Under the pieces are notes generated by a model. That model was not told where the DNA came from, did no database searches, and saw only the letters and a program-made list of their open reading frames with translations. The position numbers and the translations under genes were made by a program. A DNA stretch of 64,000 nt from Trichosphaerium sp. ATCC 40318. Lineage: Eukaryota > Protista > Tubulinea. The stretch covers positions 124,001 through 188,000 of the forward strand of contig JALMLS010000130.1 in assembly GCA_038496445.1 (NCBI GenBank), written 5' to 3'. Below, one piece after another: positions 41,111-53,436 of this stretch; positions within the stretch are counted from its first letter, which is position 1; each line of letters opens with the position of its first letter.

Positions 41111-41181
41111 AGGACCTGCCGGGAATCGAACCCGGAAGTCTCACAGACAAAGTGAGAGTGAAACCAATACGCCACAGGCCC
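41111..41181 (-). tRNA. Atypical tRNA or tRNA-like Pol III gene (tRNA-Gln-like body, abnormal anticodon arm)
   Basis: GGGCCTG/CAGGTCC acceptor stem, A box TGGCGTATTGG, B box GGTTCGATTCC, T-arm CCGGG-TTCGATT-CCCGG, anticodon stem CTCAC/GTGAG with loop TTTGTCT, followed immediately by a T5 run. Confidence 0.8.
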
Positions 41182-41303
41182 TATCGCTTTATTGCGCTGA
41201 TTAATGACATATCAATGGTTGGAGTTGTTGTTCATAAGTGCAGTAGCTGCACTCTGGGCAATTGCTTAAGTACACAGGTTGTTAAAGTAAACTAGTAATC
41301 ATT

Positions 41304-42728
41304 TCATTGTTTATTCAGTACAGACCTTCCTTGCAACATCAATGTTTCTTTTCAGTGCTTGAGAGTACACAAAAAAATCGGCTGAGTATGCAATCATGTT
41401 GTACCTAGTAAATGAAATGAGCAAAAGGAATAAACACATTCAGGTCCATAGCAAAAAAAACAAGCTTTGTAGAGCCATCAACATTCTCAATGCAACTTAA
41501 TGTCATGTAACTATTATGTACTTACCCAAGTCCTACCCATTGCTTCAGTTCTGTTTCTTTTACTGGGAATATACCAGAGTATTTTCCATTCGTTTTTGCT
41601 GCTTTTTGAATGTGCTTTAAAGCATTGATAAAGCGATCTTCATTGAAAGGATCACTTGAGCTTTGAAGAATACCCATATCAGCTGTTAGATCCATTTGAC
41701 CAGGCCAAAGGCAATCAACGCCTTAATTTTGAAGAAACAATAAATTAGCACGTGGTGACAAGAATGAAAGAAAATAAGCTTTAAAAAAAAGTGTCATAAG
41801 CGCCTTCAAAAGACATTATTTGCATACCTTCTACCTTTGCTATTTCCTCACAGTTTTGAACAGCTTTTTCACTTTGGTATTTAAGTACGTAATCAAATAG
41901 CAATAAATGGAACAAAGAAAAAAAAAAGTCACACCTTTCTATTTGACAAATCACAAACGTGTCATCATTAGCTTCTTTTAAGAATTTTGTTCCATTTTTA
42001 GGTGGCGAAAAGTTATTCTGAGCACCTCCAAGGATGACACCTCTACGACCTGTATACAATAAGATATTGAGGAACCTAACTTTTTTTTCTACCTTGAGGA
42101 GGATACTTCGCATATTGTACAATACGCCTTGCTTGCTCAGCATCCTGTACTCGCGGTATCATCACGCCACCAGCACCAGCGTCAAGAACACGTGCAATAA
42201 AATCGTACTGTGTATCAGGAACACGAACAATAGGAGTAACACTAACACCTACAAACAAATCTTATTAGAACTTCTGTGACATCCAAAACGATGCAAATTT
42301 ACAACCCACGTGCCTGAAAATAAAGCGAGAGTGGTACGCAAACTGTCGATGCTGAAGCAGCTAAATGGAGCTTAGTACAATAGAACCAAGATGAAAACGA
42401 ACCCATGTTCCATATCCAAAACAACGAAGTCAGCTCCTGCATTCTATACAAAAGTTATTAAACTAACACCCCAACGGTTTTTTCACCTGTACTATCCTAG
42501 CAATACCGCTTGTCGCAAATTCTAGAACGAAATGGCCTATTGGGATCTCCTTTCGCTTTAACTTTGAACGTAAAGACGCCGATGGCACGTGATAGCTATT
42601 TGCTACACGATGTAATCATTTAAAGAGTGAATGAATGTTATGTATCTTGTACCTCTTTTAGTAACCTTATTTGCGGATAGTTTAACATTTTGACTGTATA
42701 CACGTGGTTTCATGGCACGAAGAAACAT
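41304..42728 (-). CDS. HpcH/HpaI aldolase family protein with a probable mitochondrial presequence
   Basis: AGADFVVLDMEHG, PIVRVP, IARVLDAGAGGVMIPRV, KYPPQGRRG, VICQIE, EEIAKVEGVDCLWPGQMDLTADMG; N-terminus MFLRAMKPRVYSQ is Arg-rich and free of acidic residues. Confidence 0.9.
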
Positions 42729-42957
42729 CGTTTGAGTGGACAAAGCGGTTTTACAGTTGAAACATTGCTTAACCGACGTTAAGTTAACTTGAACATGATG
42801 GAAGCCTAGACTAAAGACAAGGTTGTACAATTTTCATGGACGTTGAGGCCGATGCCTAGAGCTCCTCTTCCACTCAGTATCACGTGTTCCCAGTATTTAT
42901 TAAAATTCTATTTTACAGTTTTTATTTGGGTTGTTTTTTTTTTTGTTTTTTGTGCTT

Positions 42958-45900
42958 TTACATATTAGTTGTTAACCATTTCTCAGCTAGCTCTATTATA
43001 CGCGGTTGGTTATATTTTTGTGCTTCATATTTAACCTTTCTTATCAGATCTGGTGAGCCTACATACAAAGTTAGAACGTTTCAGTGCCAAATTGAACCGC
43101 AATTTGTTGTTTTTGAATTAACACTTGTTCCTCAGGCACGTACGTAGTTGGGCTGCCATTGTATATGCTGTAGTAAATCTTTTGCACATGAGTAGACCAG
43201 TTACTCTAGATTCTTGTAACCTAAGCTTACGAACATACTGGCTGTCTGCTGTCTTCGATTCATTAATATCACAAAGACCTAAATAACAAAATTAAAAAAA
43301 AAGACTATGTGAGCAGAACAGAAAAAGTTCAACTAATTCATTATAACGTTAACAAATATCTAAGAAACGCTCAAATACAAAGCAATTTCCAGCCAAAAGG
43401 GAAGTCACAGTGGCACGTTTTTGAATAATAAAAAAAACAACTTTCAAAAAAAAAAAGGTGAAATAAAGTACCCTTGATTACAGCCATAACAACACCGTCC
43501 CATTCAGCATCAACAAGAAGAGCTGATACTGCTTTAAGTATTTCATTTATCTTCTTTATTTGCTTCTTAGATGCAACGATATTCAGAGCTTTAGCGTAAA
43601 TATCTGCCTTTGGAAGCTGAAATTCCTACAAAGAAAAAAAAAAGGTTAGCTCGCTGTAACAACGAAGTACTTCTTCTTTGGTTGCAAATAATACGAAAAA
43701 AACCGGTGATGTTTCTTTCTTTAGTAAAAGGTAGTACTAACATACTTGTATGATATTAAAAGCGAGATGTTTTCCTCCATTGGCTAATAAAAATATTGCA
43801 ATTTCTTCAACGAAACAGTTAGCAAACACGTTGTTGGTCAACACAATGATGATAAAAATAAAGATTTTCGATGTCTCGGATTTTTTATGTACCTGCTCTC
43901 TTTTCATTATCTTGGAATAATCCACCACGTGGTGTTTCTCTTATTTTTTCTTTTTGATAAAAATTCTCAACTTGTAGCTGTAATTGAACGCTCTTTAACA
44001 TTTGATTAACATCACTTAATGACATTGTATCATCTCCAGCAAATCCTTCTTTTGTGTATTGATCCATAGCATTCGAGTAGTGTTTCTAAGTTCATCATTA
44101 AAAGAGAAGGCACAAAGACATGTTTAAGCGAAAGGAAACAGCTCTTGACTTGAAAGGTAAAAAAGAAACAAAACTTGGATGGATGGATGTGTACCTTTGC
44201 AAGGTTGAGGTATCTCATTTGAACAGCTTTATCAGATGTTCTTCCATACATATCAATAGCTGTTTGACCTGCTGCAGCGTAATCTTGAGTTATATTTTGA
44301 AATTCAAACAATAATTGATACATCTCTTTTTTTAAAAGGTATGCACAAACTGTCTTCATGTATTGTGATACTTGAACACGAAGTCTTTTATTCCCTTTAA
44401 TAGAAAAAATACGTGAGTATGTAGTACACATAAACCAAGTAAAATAAAGATTTCCTAAGTAAAGGAACACCATATTTTCGAAAAAGTGTAAAGAAGATAA
44501 CAAAGTCAAAAGCAAAGAGTTTTTTGTTTGTTTGGTGTCGTACGTTGTCTGTCAACGATGAACTGTTTGAATCTATCCAATAGATTATTCTTAAGTATGA
44601 CTAGTACTACATTTAAGAACATTTCATTTGAGAGCTTGCAAGCAAGCACATAATTAAGCGCTTCTTCAACATATAAATGTCTTAGCCAAAAATCAATAAG
44701 TTCCTGTTTGCTAGCATAACGTTGTAGGTAATATCTTTAATTAGTTAAGAAATACCAAATCATATCCTTACTGGATAATCAACAGTGATAAATACAATCA
44801 AACAGCACAATAGTGAGATTGATCAGACTTTTTGGTTAAAAAAAATTCCGAAAAAAACAAAAAAGAAGGATACACGCATTGCATATATCGCGTATTGTCA
44901 TCATCAAAAGGGCTTCTACGTACGCCCTTTAGACTCTGCTTCCTCTGTGACGTAGTTCTAAATATGTATTACACAACTAACCATGGTAACCAAGCGTTAA
45001 AACAAAAAAAGTGTACACTTGTAGGGCGTTGAGGTATGAGTCTAAAGATGCTGAAGAATCAAATCGTTTACGCTTAGTTTGCTTTGTTGCATTTCTTAGA
45101 CGTTGATAAAGCTCGGTATGCTTTGCACGAAGCTTTTCAAGACTAGGTCCTGGTTTAGACTCCAAAATCTGAACAATCTTCATCAATATTACTTTGACAG
45201 CTACTTTCGAAGCACCATCATCACTTTGAGGCACTATTAGGTGTAATGTTAGTAATCAAGTGTATTCTATGAACATGATATGTCGACAAACTTGACAAAG
45301 TTGACAAAGTTGTTGGAAAAAGAAGTTGAGAAATAAAGGTACCCAAGCATTTCTCAAATATGGCTTTAGCATCATTGAAAGCTCCTACTTTTAACTTTTG
45401 TAAACCTTCTGCCGCCAGTACAGGCATCACATCTATTTCACATTTCAATGCAACAGACTTGGCTAATGAAAGGCGCTCTGCAGCAATAAGACGGTCTCTG
45501 AGTTGCCTAGAACCAAAGTTAAGTTCGGTGTTCAAAAAACAAATCAAACTCACTTTGCTTTCGCAGGATCAGTGAATGTCTCTAATCCAGCAATCTCTAA
45601 TCCATCCTCTCCAGCAATATTCTCAGACAGCAATAGTAATAATAATTGAACACGGTCCAGGTTTAAGTCACAAGCAGCTGCTTTTTCATCTTGCAAAGCA
45701 TCATTGAATCTTTTTTGTTAAAATTTTCGGTTAGAATTACTCCACATGTACTGCTATTTACCTCAGCTTAGCGTAATGTAGGATCCTCTTTATAGCTTGT
45801 GTAATGAGAAGCCTCTCAGATAGAATAGGAAGCTTATTGGACATCTTAACGCACATTTCAACGCATTTATCACCAGCCTTTAAGAAACCAGTTAAGTACA

Positions 45901-48900
45901 ACATAATCAGCAGTTTATGCAATGACATACCGTTAAAGCATCATAACAAAGATCGCATAATGCAATAGCAAGTTGTACATTAGGTGTCTTTTTGTAGAAA
46001 TGATGTTTTCTGACTTCAATATAGTTACTTTCATCAGTAATCCAAAACTTTCCGTCCAACTGCAACACAAAGCCTTCAGATAAACGACGCTGCCTACGTT
46101 TCCTCCTAAATAACGATCATTAGTTCCTGTACTATTTAGTGTTTATCTGATCATTAAAACAATGCATACCCTCCAAGTTGAGATGTAGCAAGGGCCTTGG
46201 AAGCATATTCTAATACCATCTTGTCATCCTTGAAAAAGAATTATGTAAAGCACATAAAAAGATAAAAGACAGTTCGTTGTTCATTCTGTCTCGTACTCTG
46301 CTTGCTGGTAGATTATCGAAAATAGTTTCTACGAGCTTTGTTTGTTCAGACATAAGTAGAGACTCAATTATTCTCTTCGGATGATTAATATGACACTGAT
46401 AACGTTGTTGGACATCAGGAGGTAATAAGAGTAGTATCTACGATAAAAATATAAGCTTTTTGTTCATTCAAGGCATGTGATCTAAAGTATGAAAAATGGT
46501 AAACCGATTTAGATTAGGCTGTACCTTTATACCCATCTCTTTTGCTCCAAGTGAAACAGTTTCAGAAGATGAATCTTTTTGATCAATGAGGTATTGTGTG
46601 AGGAACAACCTATTTTGTTTCAGTTAGCCTCGGTATCACAATATTGTTGATAATACCTTAGTTGATTATCCGCAACTTGATCTAGTAGCTTCTCTGCAAT
46701 AGGAATTGAAGCATCTCCCATTTTTGACAATCTGTCCCTTACTTTTCCAATATCTAAAGGACGGTTTAGCGATTGTAATTCTTAGTGTCTATTTTAAACA
46801 TTTACATACCTCGTTGCTCTTTGAGTAAGTACAGTATGTAATTCTCCTCTATTGAAGGTTTCATTTCTTCAAGGCCAAAGAGATCAGCAGTCTTATATCA
46901 CTAAGTTAGAAGACAAGATAATCAATGTTAAATTAATTTAAAATTGTCACCTTTCGGGCAAGATCATATTCTCTTATACTTGTGAGAGCATTCACAACAG
47001 TCACAGGACTAACGTTAGATATAGAATCAATCTCTTGCCAAGTTGACCACTTGTCTACCTTGGCCAAAATTTCTCTGGTAAAAAAAAATTAGCACAAAAA
47101 AAAGGAGCAGTTGTCCTGAAAAAACTTTGAAAGAACAACCACGTACTTAAATGTAACAAGCTTATTGTATTTTTCATCAATATTAGCTGAAGAATCTACA
47201 GTATCATCTGCAAGTTCGCATTTGCACATGTACAACATATCACTGTCCAAAGTTAACGAATTAAAAGAAGTTCACACTGGGTAGAACGTACATTGCTGTA
47301 TCTATAGTCCAATGGTTTATATGTTCAAGTACTAGACGTGAAGCTTCTACATTGTTTGATAGACGCATTATGTATTGCCATACTTGAGTTTTATCCTTAG
47401 TCTCCTTTACAAGCATTTTTAGATGTTCATCAGATGCACCTCCTATTGAACAATTAATTATTGAAAAAAACTGTATGTAAAAGATGTAACAGCAAAGAAC
47501 ACCTCTTCGTTCATTCTTAATTATCAAAATGGCATTAAACTACTTTTATAGCGTATTTATAAATATCAAGTAACTCATTTTATAGAGACAGAAGCTCAAA
47601 GAATGCTTCGAAGAATAGAAATATTGAAAAATTCAAAAAGAAAGTACGGACCTTCAAGCTGTTCATCTGCAACATTTACTGCTTCTTTAAGATAACCTTC
47701 CAGTATCATATTCTCTACAACACGCTTATAGAATGATTCTCTCTTTTTTTCATCCTCTGATAAAATACATTGATAGAACTCTTTCTCATCATCAGAAACA
47801 CCTGCCTCGGACTTCTTTGAGAATTTTGGCTACAACATCACATTAACCCAACATTTGACTTGGTTTTTAGTATAATAAACATACCTGCTTCTTTTCAAGC
47901 TTCTCTATGTCAGTAGAAAGGTTTTTAACATCATACTCTGATGCAAGAAATTTCGGTACTTTATCCCAATTGTTTCTAACAAAACCGGCGTGGTATACAC
48001 CTAGATCCTTAGCTTTTAATTTTATCCAATTGTGTAAAGCAGGATAAGGCTTGACAGAAGTTATTAAGCATATTTAACACCAGATAAGCAAAGATACCTT
48101 TGATTTTTCAAGAGCTAATTGTAAAAACTCGTCTCCTAGCTCTGAAGTTTGGTTGTACAAAACACAAAGTAGCGTAGAAAGTACTGGATGTCGTTGGCCT
48201 AAAACAACATAAGATATCGACTAAAGCTGTTATATGTTATTAAATATGTACCTATATATTCTGCAAGTTCTCGGTTGACACTAAACTTCTCGTCTTTACC
48301 TTTAAAAACAGTGTAAATATTAGAGCCTTACAAAAGAAAAAGCGCACTTAAACGCTCTAGTTTTGACTTTGGAAGAGAACTCCTTCTATAAGATGCAAGC
48401 TTAACATCATCTCTTCGCGTAACATGCGCAGAAGGACGTGTTTTTGGAGATTGAGGTCCTGAAGATGAACTGAAAGCCGCAGATAAATCTATACTTGGTT
48501 CTTTTAGGTGAGAAACAATAACAGTTGTTAGATCAACACCAAGGTAATTAGCGAGATTTTCTGCTCTCTTGTCTTGTATTGTAAAGGAATATCAATAGAA
48601 TATAAGGATGTGAAGAAGAAAAAAAAAGATAAGTGTAGAGGATACAATCCTTTGAAACAAAGACAAGTTCTGACAATATCGTGTTGAAACTTTTTTTCAA
48701 ATGTTGCAGATAATTCTGAGTCCTAACCAAGATTAGTAAGTTTGCGAATAATCTAATATACACTACTATGTGTTGTTTGTTTATAAGCGTACCCATATAT
48801 TGGATCATCTTCAAGTAAGTCTCCAAGGGAGAGCAAATGTTTGACGAATTTGTATAGATACGTTTCTGGACGTACTTCCTCATCTTGCTCATTGACATAC

Positions 48901-51900
48901 TTTCCTAGCTTCGTTACAATTCCTTGCAACACTCCTTTAGTGTTAGCAGTAAAATCTAAACAACCAATAAGCCTCAGACCACCAACAAGCTACCAAAACA
49001 CTTTGTTTTTAAACAAAATTCTTACCATCTTCGCAAGCTTTTGTGAGCGCTTCAGATGCTTGGTTAAGTACTTCTCTACGCTCCAAATATGTGACGAGCT
49101 CATTATTATCAACAGGAAAGTTTTCAATAGAAGAAACTCTACTCATGATATTCTCAGGAAGATCCAAATTTGCATCATTAAGGGTAACCAGTCTATCAAT
49201 AAAATTCCTAAACTTTGGTATGAACGGAAGAATCTTCTCATGCTGCCCAATCTCGCTTAGAGAAAGTTCCTCGTGCTCTTTCAACAAAGATTTGGCTTGT
49301 TGCAATAGTTGCTAAAGGTAATGTTAGATCGGATCGGCCAATTGAGAAAGAGGAGCTGATGTTCGGGTTCTTTTTTAAGAGGTCGATGTTCGGGTTATTT
49401 TTTATGGTGTTTTCTCAGAAAAAAATGGGAATGAAGCGTACCCCACACTGTTCTTTTGATCGGCCTGTGCATAGAGCTAAATCGACGCTCACAAAGAATT
49501 TTTCTAGGCTTGATAAACTTGATCCCATATCATCTGAAATACAAGTAAGAAAAAACCGTCTATACAAAAATAACAGACCAACGCTTGGAGCTTCTTTTCC
49601 GTTCTCTTCCAGCTTATAAACAATCTTATGAAATTCATCTGCAAGTGTTATAGCATCAGTTTGTCTCTTTGAAAGCTTGTAAAAAGATGCAACCTCCTTT
49701 GCTCTAGTTCATAAGTATTAGCTAACAAAACTACTTTCCTCTTCGGCAAAAAAAACCAACTTACTGAACAAACTTTTTCTCACGCATACACATAACCAGA
49801 AGTGTATCAGGTGATGCAAGTAATAAGTTAATGAACCTGTGTCCAGAATCCTAAGTCACTCATGAGAAGACTTTGATTAAAAGGATTGGTTGTACCTGAG
49901 ATGCTATTGACAGATTTGACAAAAGGTTTACTCTCCATTCAGCTTCTTCAACATTTTTCCTCAATAACTTCGCCTTTGATTGTGCTTGTATACCTTCAAG
50001 GTCACTATTGATAATCGGGGTAAATAATTGCTTATAACCTTGGGAAAGGTACGCTTACTCAACAGCGTCATCATCATTATTGTCAAAATGAACATCCTCC
50101 ATACATTCTCTTATTAAGCGTAGAAGAGGTTTAATGATATTAGGTGTAGAGACAAAGTAATCCTCTTCGCCTCTAGTACTATAATTAGTGGGGAAAGACA
50201 ACTTGGTGGGCACTATTGACCGTGAGGTCCGGGTTGGTGTCCATGACGTACAATTTGCGATTTTGCTCAATGAAAAATTTTGCCAACTCGTTATCTTTCC
50301 ATGCGCTGGCTTTCAGGAACATGAAGCAGTACATAGCATCTAATATACCAACACGAATTCTTGGATCCTTAATTTACAAAATTTAACAACAAAGTACCAA
50401 AGAGAACTGTAAAGAACAAAAACGTACTGTTACTCTAAGTAAGTGTTTTTTAGAGTTGGCTATTTTATCGTCTATTGAGTCTTGAGAGACCTCTCCTTTT
50501 ACAGCTAAATCAAATAATTGCATAATATACTGCATAGTATAATATGTGTTTATAAGTTGTAATTCTTGGAGCCTATCTTTAACCATCTATAAAATGTGTA
50601 ACCGTGAGAACGTGTTCGCTTTTTTTTTCTTTTTTTTTTTGAACATAAAAAATATTATTGCAGAGACAACAGAATTAAATCTCTGTGGCTCTTTGCATGG
50701 CTGATTTTGTATGGACCTGATATACCTGTACAACAGAATTATCGTACAGGTATATCAGCACAATATCCAATCCAGACACGAACAAAATTAGTTCGTGTTC
50801 GAATCACTCATCTTTCTATAAAAGAGTGATTCAACCTCATTTAATGAAGAGACGTGGATGGACCTCTTTAACATGCCTTTTTCATAAATAACATAATTAC
50901 CCAGTTCATATGTATATCCGAAGAGTCTCCAAAGTCTAATAATACCTGTGCAGAACTGTTTGGATTTTGTTCAAGCATCTTAGTCAATTCATCCGCAGGT
51001 ATGTCTTGAACATACTTGCGAAGAACATAAAGGACAGAGTGGGTTTTCAGGGCGTTCAAGACAATGTTGGGCACAGAGGGATGACTCTTGGCATAAGTTT
51101 TGTCACCTAAATAGATAAGTAAGTCAACGAGCTCGTAAGTAAAGGTTGCAGCTCGTTTGGTACTTACCAATTATAACGTCTGCTGTAAGTGATAATTGTT
51201 TAAGTTTGTCTGTACACCAACGCGCTAATTTAGTATGATAAACTAAATTACGGCATTTTAGAAGCAAGTGTTTGTCTTGTAACTAAAACAAACACAAATG
51301 AGATAAAATCCTGTCAGTGGAACAAGCTTTGCCACTTTCTCTTAAATCAGTGTTAAGTAAAATACCTTCGTGTCTTCAGACCACAGTAAGCTTATCAAAG
51401 TTTCTCTTGCTTCCATGTCATCTTCATATCTATGCCTTTGGAGATATGTTAGACTCAGCAAGTAAAATATAATGAAGCTTTAGGTAGTTCAACTAGTGCT
51501 CTTAGAAAGCGTACCAGGTCATTAGAAGAACAAGAGGTTTTAGCAATGGGAATGGCTTCAATAGTCTTCCGCAGTCCTCGAATCTTGCAGCGTCGAAAAA
51601 GGCCATGCACTTTGTAATAACGAATTCCATACAATGAACGTTTGAAGTACGAAGAAAATCATAGAATCTACTCCAGAAAGCATTTAATTCAGCTTCAGTT
51701 GCCTCACCTTCACCGCTCTCAAAAACCTACGTAAAACATGAATAAGATATTATTACGCTAGTATTTTCAGAGCAAAAGTCTCGAGAAGGTTCATCATAAA
51801 GTTTGTGTACCTCAAAGGCTCTAGGCATATCATTTTCTGCTTCTACTTTTGGCATGTGCTCAGATCCTAGCTCCTTGAATCTCATTAAAGCATAATTCTT

Positions 51901-53181
51901 TCCTTTAGGTAAACTCAAGAAGGCGCAGTATACACTAGCACGCCAATATTGTCTACATCACTAGTAAGACGAAAAACCAAAAAAAAACCGCTTCACCTAA
52001 TATTGGCTTCTCCTTCCTTTTGCTCTTCAGTATCAAGGACTTTTACTTGTTTCTCAAGTTCATAAAAAGTATCAAGTAATTTCTCACAGAGTACATCGAA
52101 GTTATCTGGGCAAGTATCCTTGGTAACACGTTAGAATATTTGCAATGTAATAAATAACACGTACTTTGCTAAAATACAGATTTTGAATAAAACGACACGC
52201 TTGTTCCAAGTCTTCCTGCTCAACATGCTCTAATGCTATCGATGTAATTATTTTATACAACTTTCTTGTTGTATCTCTACAGTTAGATGCCTCTGAGCAG
52301 AGGGTATGACAAAGAGCTTGGCCTAAATGAAAAAAGTTACAAAAAATGTGCAATGTGTCAAAATGTTTTCATTGAATTTCAAGTGTCAAAATTACGTACC
52401 GAAATTTGGTTCCAATGAGAAAATATTCCTTAAATTGTCTAAGCAGAAGCTAGATAATGTAGATACGCTTTCTTCAGTTGAACTTGGAGACGTGAAGAGA
52501 CCTTCTTGTTGTAATACATATCTACGATAACGCCTCAACTCTGGACCTAGTTTGTCTTTTACAACCTAAAAAAATATTACATCGAAATCAGGCAACCATA
52601 CTACACTCGCAACTGATACTACAGTCGAAGGATTTTTTTTCTAAAACTACACAGAGTGACACGTACATCATTGACACTAGACTTGCTGAACAACAAGCGA
52701 TGTAATAAAATTTCGAACTCTATCGCTGCTTTGCGCTTGTGGGCTATTGGAGGTAAGTTTACGCCCTTCTCTCCGTTCTACAATCACGTTTAGCTCAAGC
52801 ACTTACCAATTAAGTTGTTTTGTACCTCTATTTTATCATCTTCTAGTTTTTTGTATTGGTCGTATTCTGTTACGCACAACCAAGCCAGGTGCGCCTTTGA
52901 TGGCGCACTTTCAGAACTCAACCTGTAATAGACGTTAACAGTTTGCGTGATACCTCAGTTAGCCTAATATAGGCGCTGTTTTATGCGTGCCAACTATCTG
53001 GTACATCTGTAGTTACAAGTTTACGTAAAAGGTTAAGAGCAGTCTCGCTGTCATGTTTATAAAGCTGCAGGAGTGTTGCGCGAGCTAATTCGAACTGACC
53101 AAGCGATAAATAGTTAGAGAATAATGTAACTAGCTGAGAACCAAGTTCCGCTGAAAGAAACGAGTAGTGCTTGTTTTCCAT
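42958..53181 (-). CDS. ZFYVE26: Spastizin (SPG15/ZFYVE26) homolog lacking the FYVE domain, more than 40 exons
   Basis: N-terminal LSLGQFELARA and APSKAHLAWLC; C-terminal QLRDRLIAAERLSLAKSVALKC, RYMQCVYYLQRY, LFEFQNITQDYAAAGQTAI and LLMCKRFTTAYTMA match the spastizin C-terminal conserved region as recalled. Confidence 0.82.
44735..44873 (-). other. U12-type (minor spliceosome) GT-AG intron in spastizin
   Basis: 5' GTATCCTTC; branch site TTCTTAAC 9 nt before the end of the AG; no polypyrimidine tract; splicing gives C-V-Y-Y-L in frame (phase 2). Confidence 0.85.
48573..48645 (-). other. Probable second U12-type GT-AG intron in spastizin
   Basis: 5' GTATCCTC; 3' TTCCTTTAC-AATACAAG; splicing gives K-D-Y-K-R-A-E in frame (phase 1). 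Confidence 0.7.
50661..50880 (-). ncRNA. Unclassified multi-hairpin structured element inside a 314-nt spastizin intron (50587-50900)
   Basis: Four inverted repeats at 50801-50832, 50776-50798, 50717-50758 and 50661-50685; three share the loop motif TAATTYTGTT on the minus strand. Confidence 0.6.
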
Positions 53182-53436
53182 GGATTACAACGACTGTGGA
53201 TTAAGAAAATGCTAAAGCCATCAAAATATGTTGGTAATGGAATACAAATACTATCTTCCACTTGTAGAGCCAGTTGAAATAGTGGTGGCAATTTTCTAGA
53301 CTTAATGAGTTTGACACTTTCGCTGGCTCAATGCTAATTGTGGTACACCAGCCGATTGTACTGCGAAACAGTGTTACACTTCATTTAAGCCAGAACTTAC
53401 GTTTCATTTCAACAGCCACAACGCACTGGTCAATTC

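Noticed and set aside
49358-49404. Short intronic direct repeats (gatgttcgggtt x2; also gacaaagtt-like x3 near 45285)
   Set aside because: They are simple local slippage duplications with no further structure.
50690-50730. TPP riboswitch, hammerhead or SRP helix 8 identity for the intronic structure
   Set aside because: There is no CUGAGA motif and no CUGAnGA/GAAA core; the UCAGGUCC...CAGCC resemblance lacks the GNRA-capped stem.
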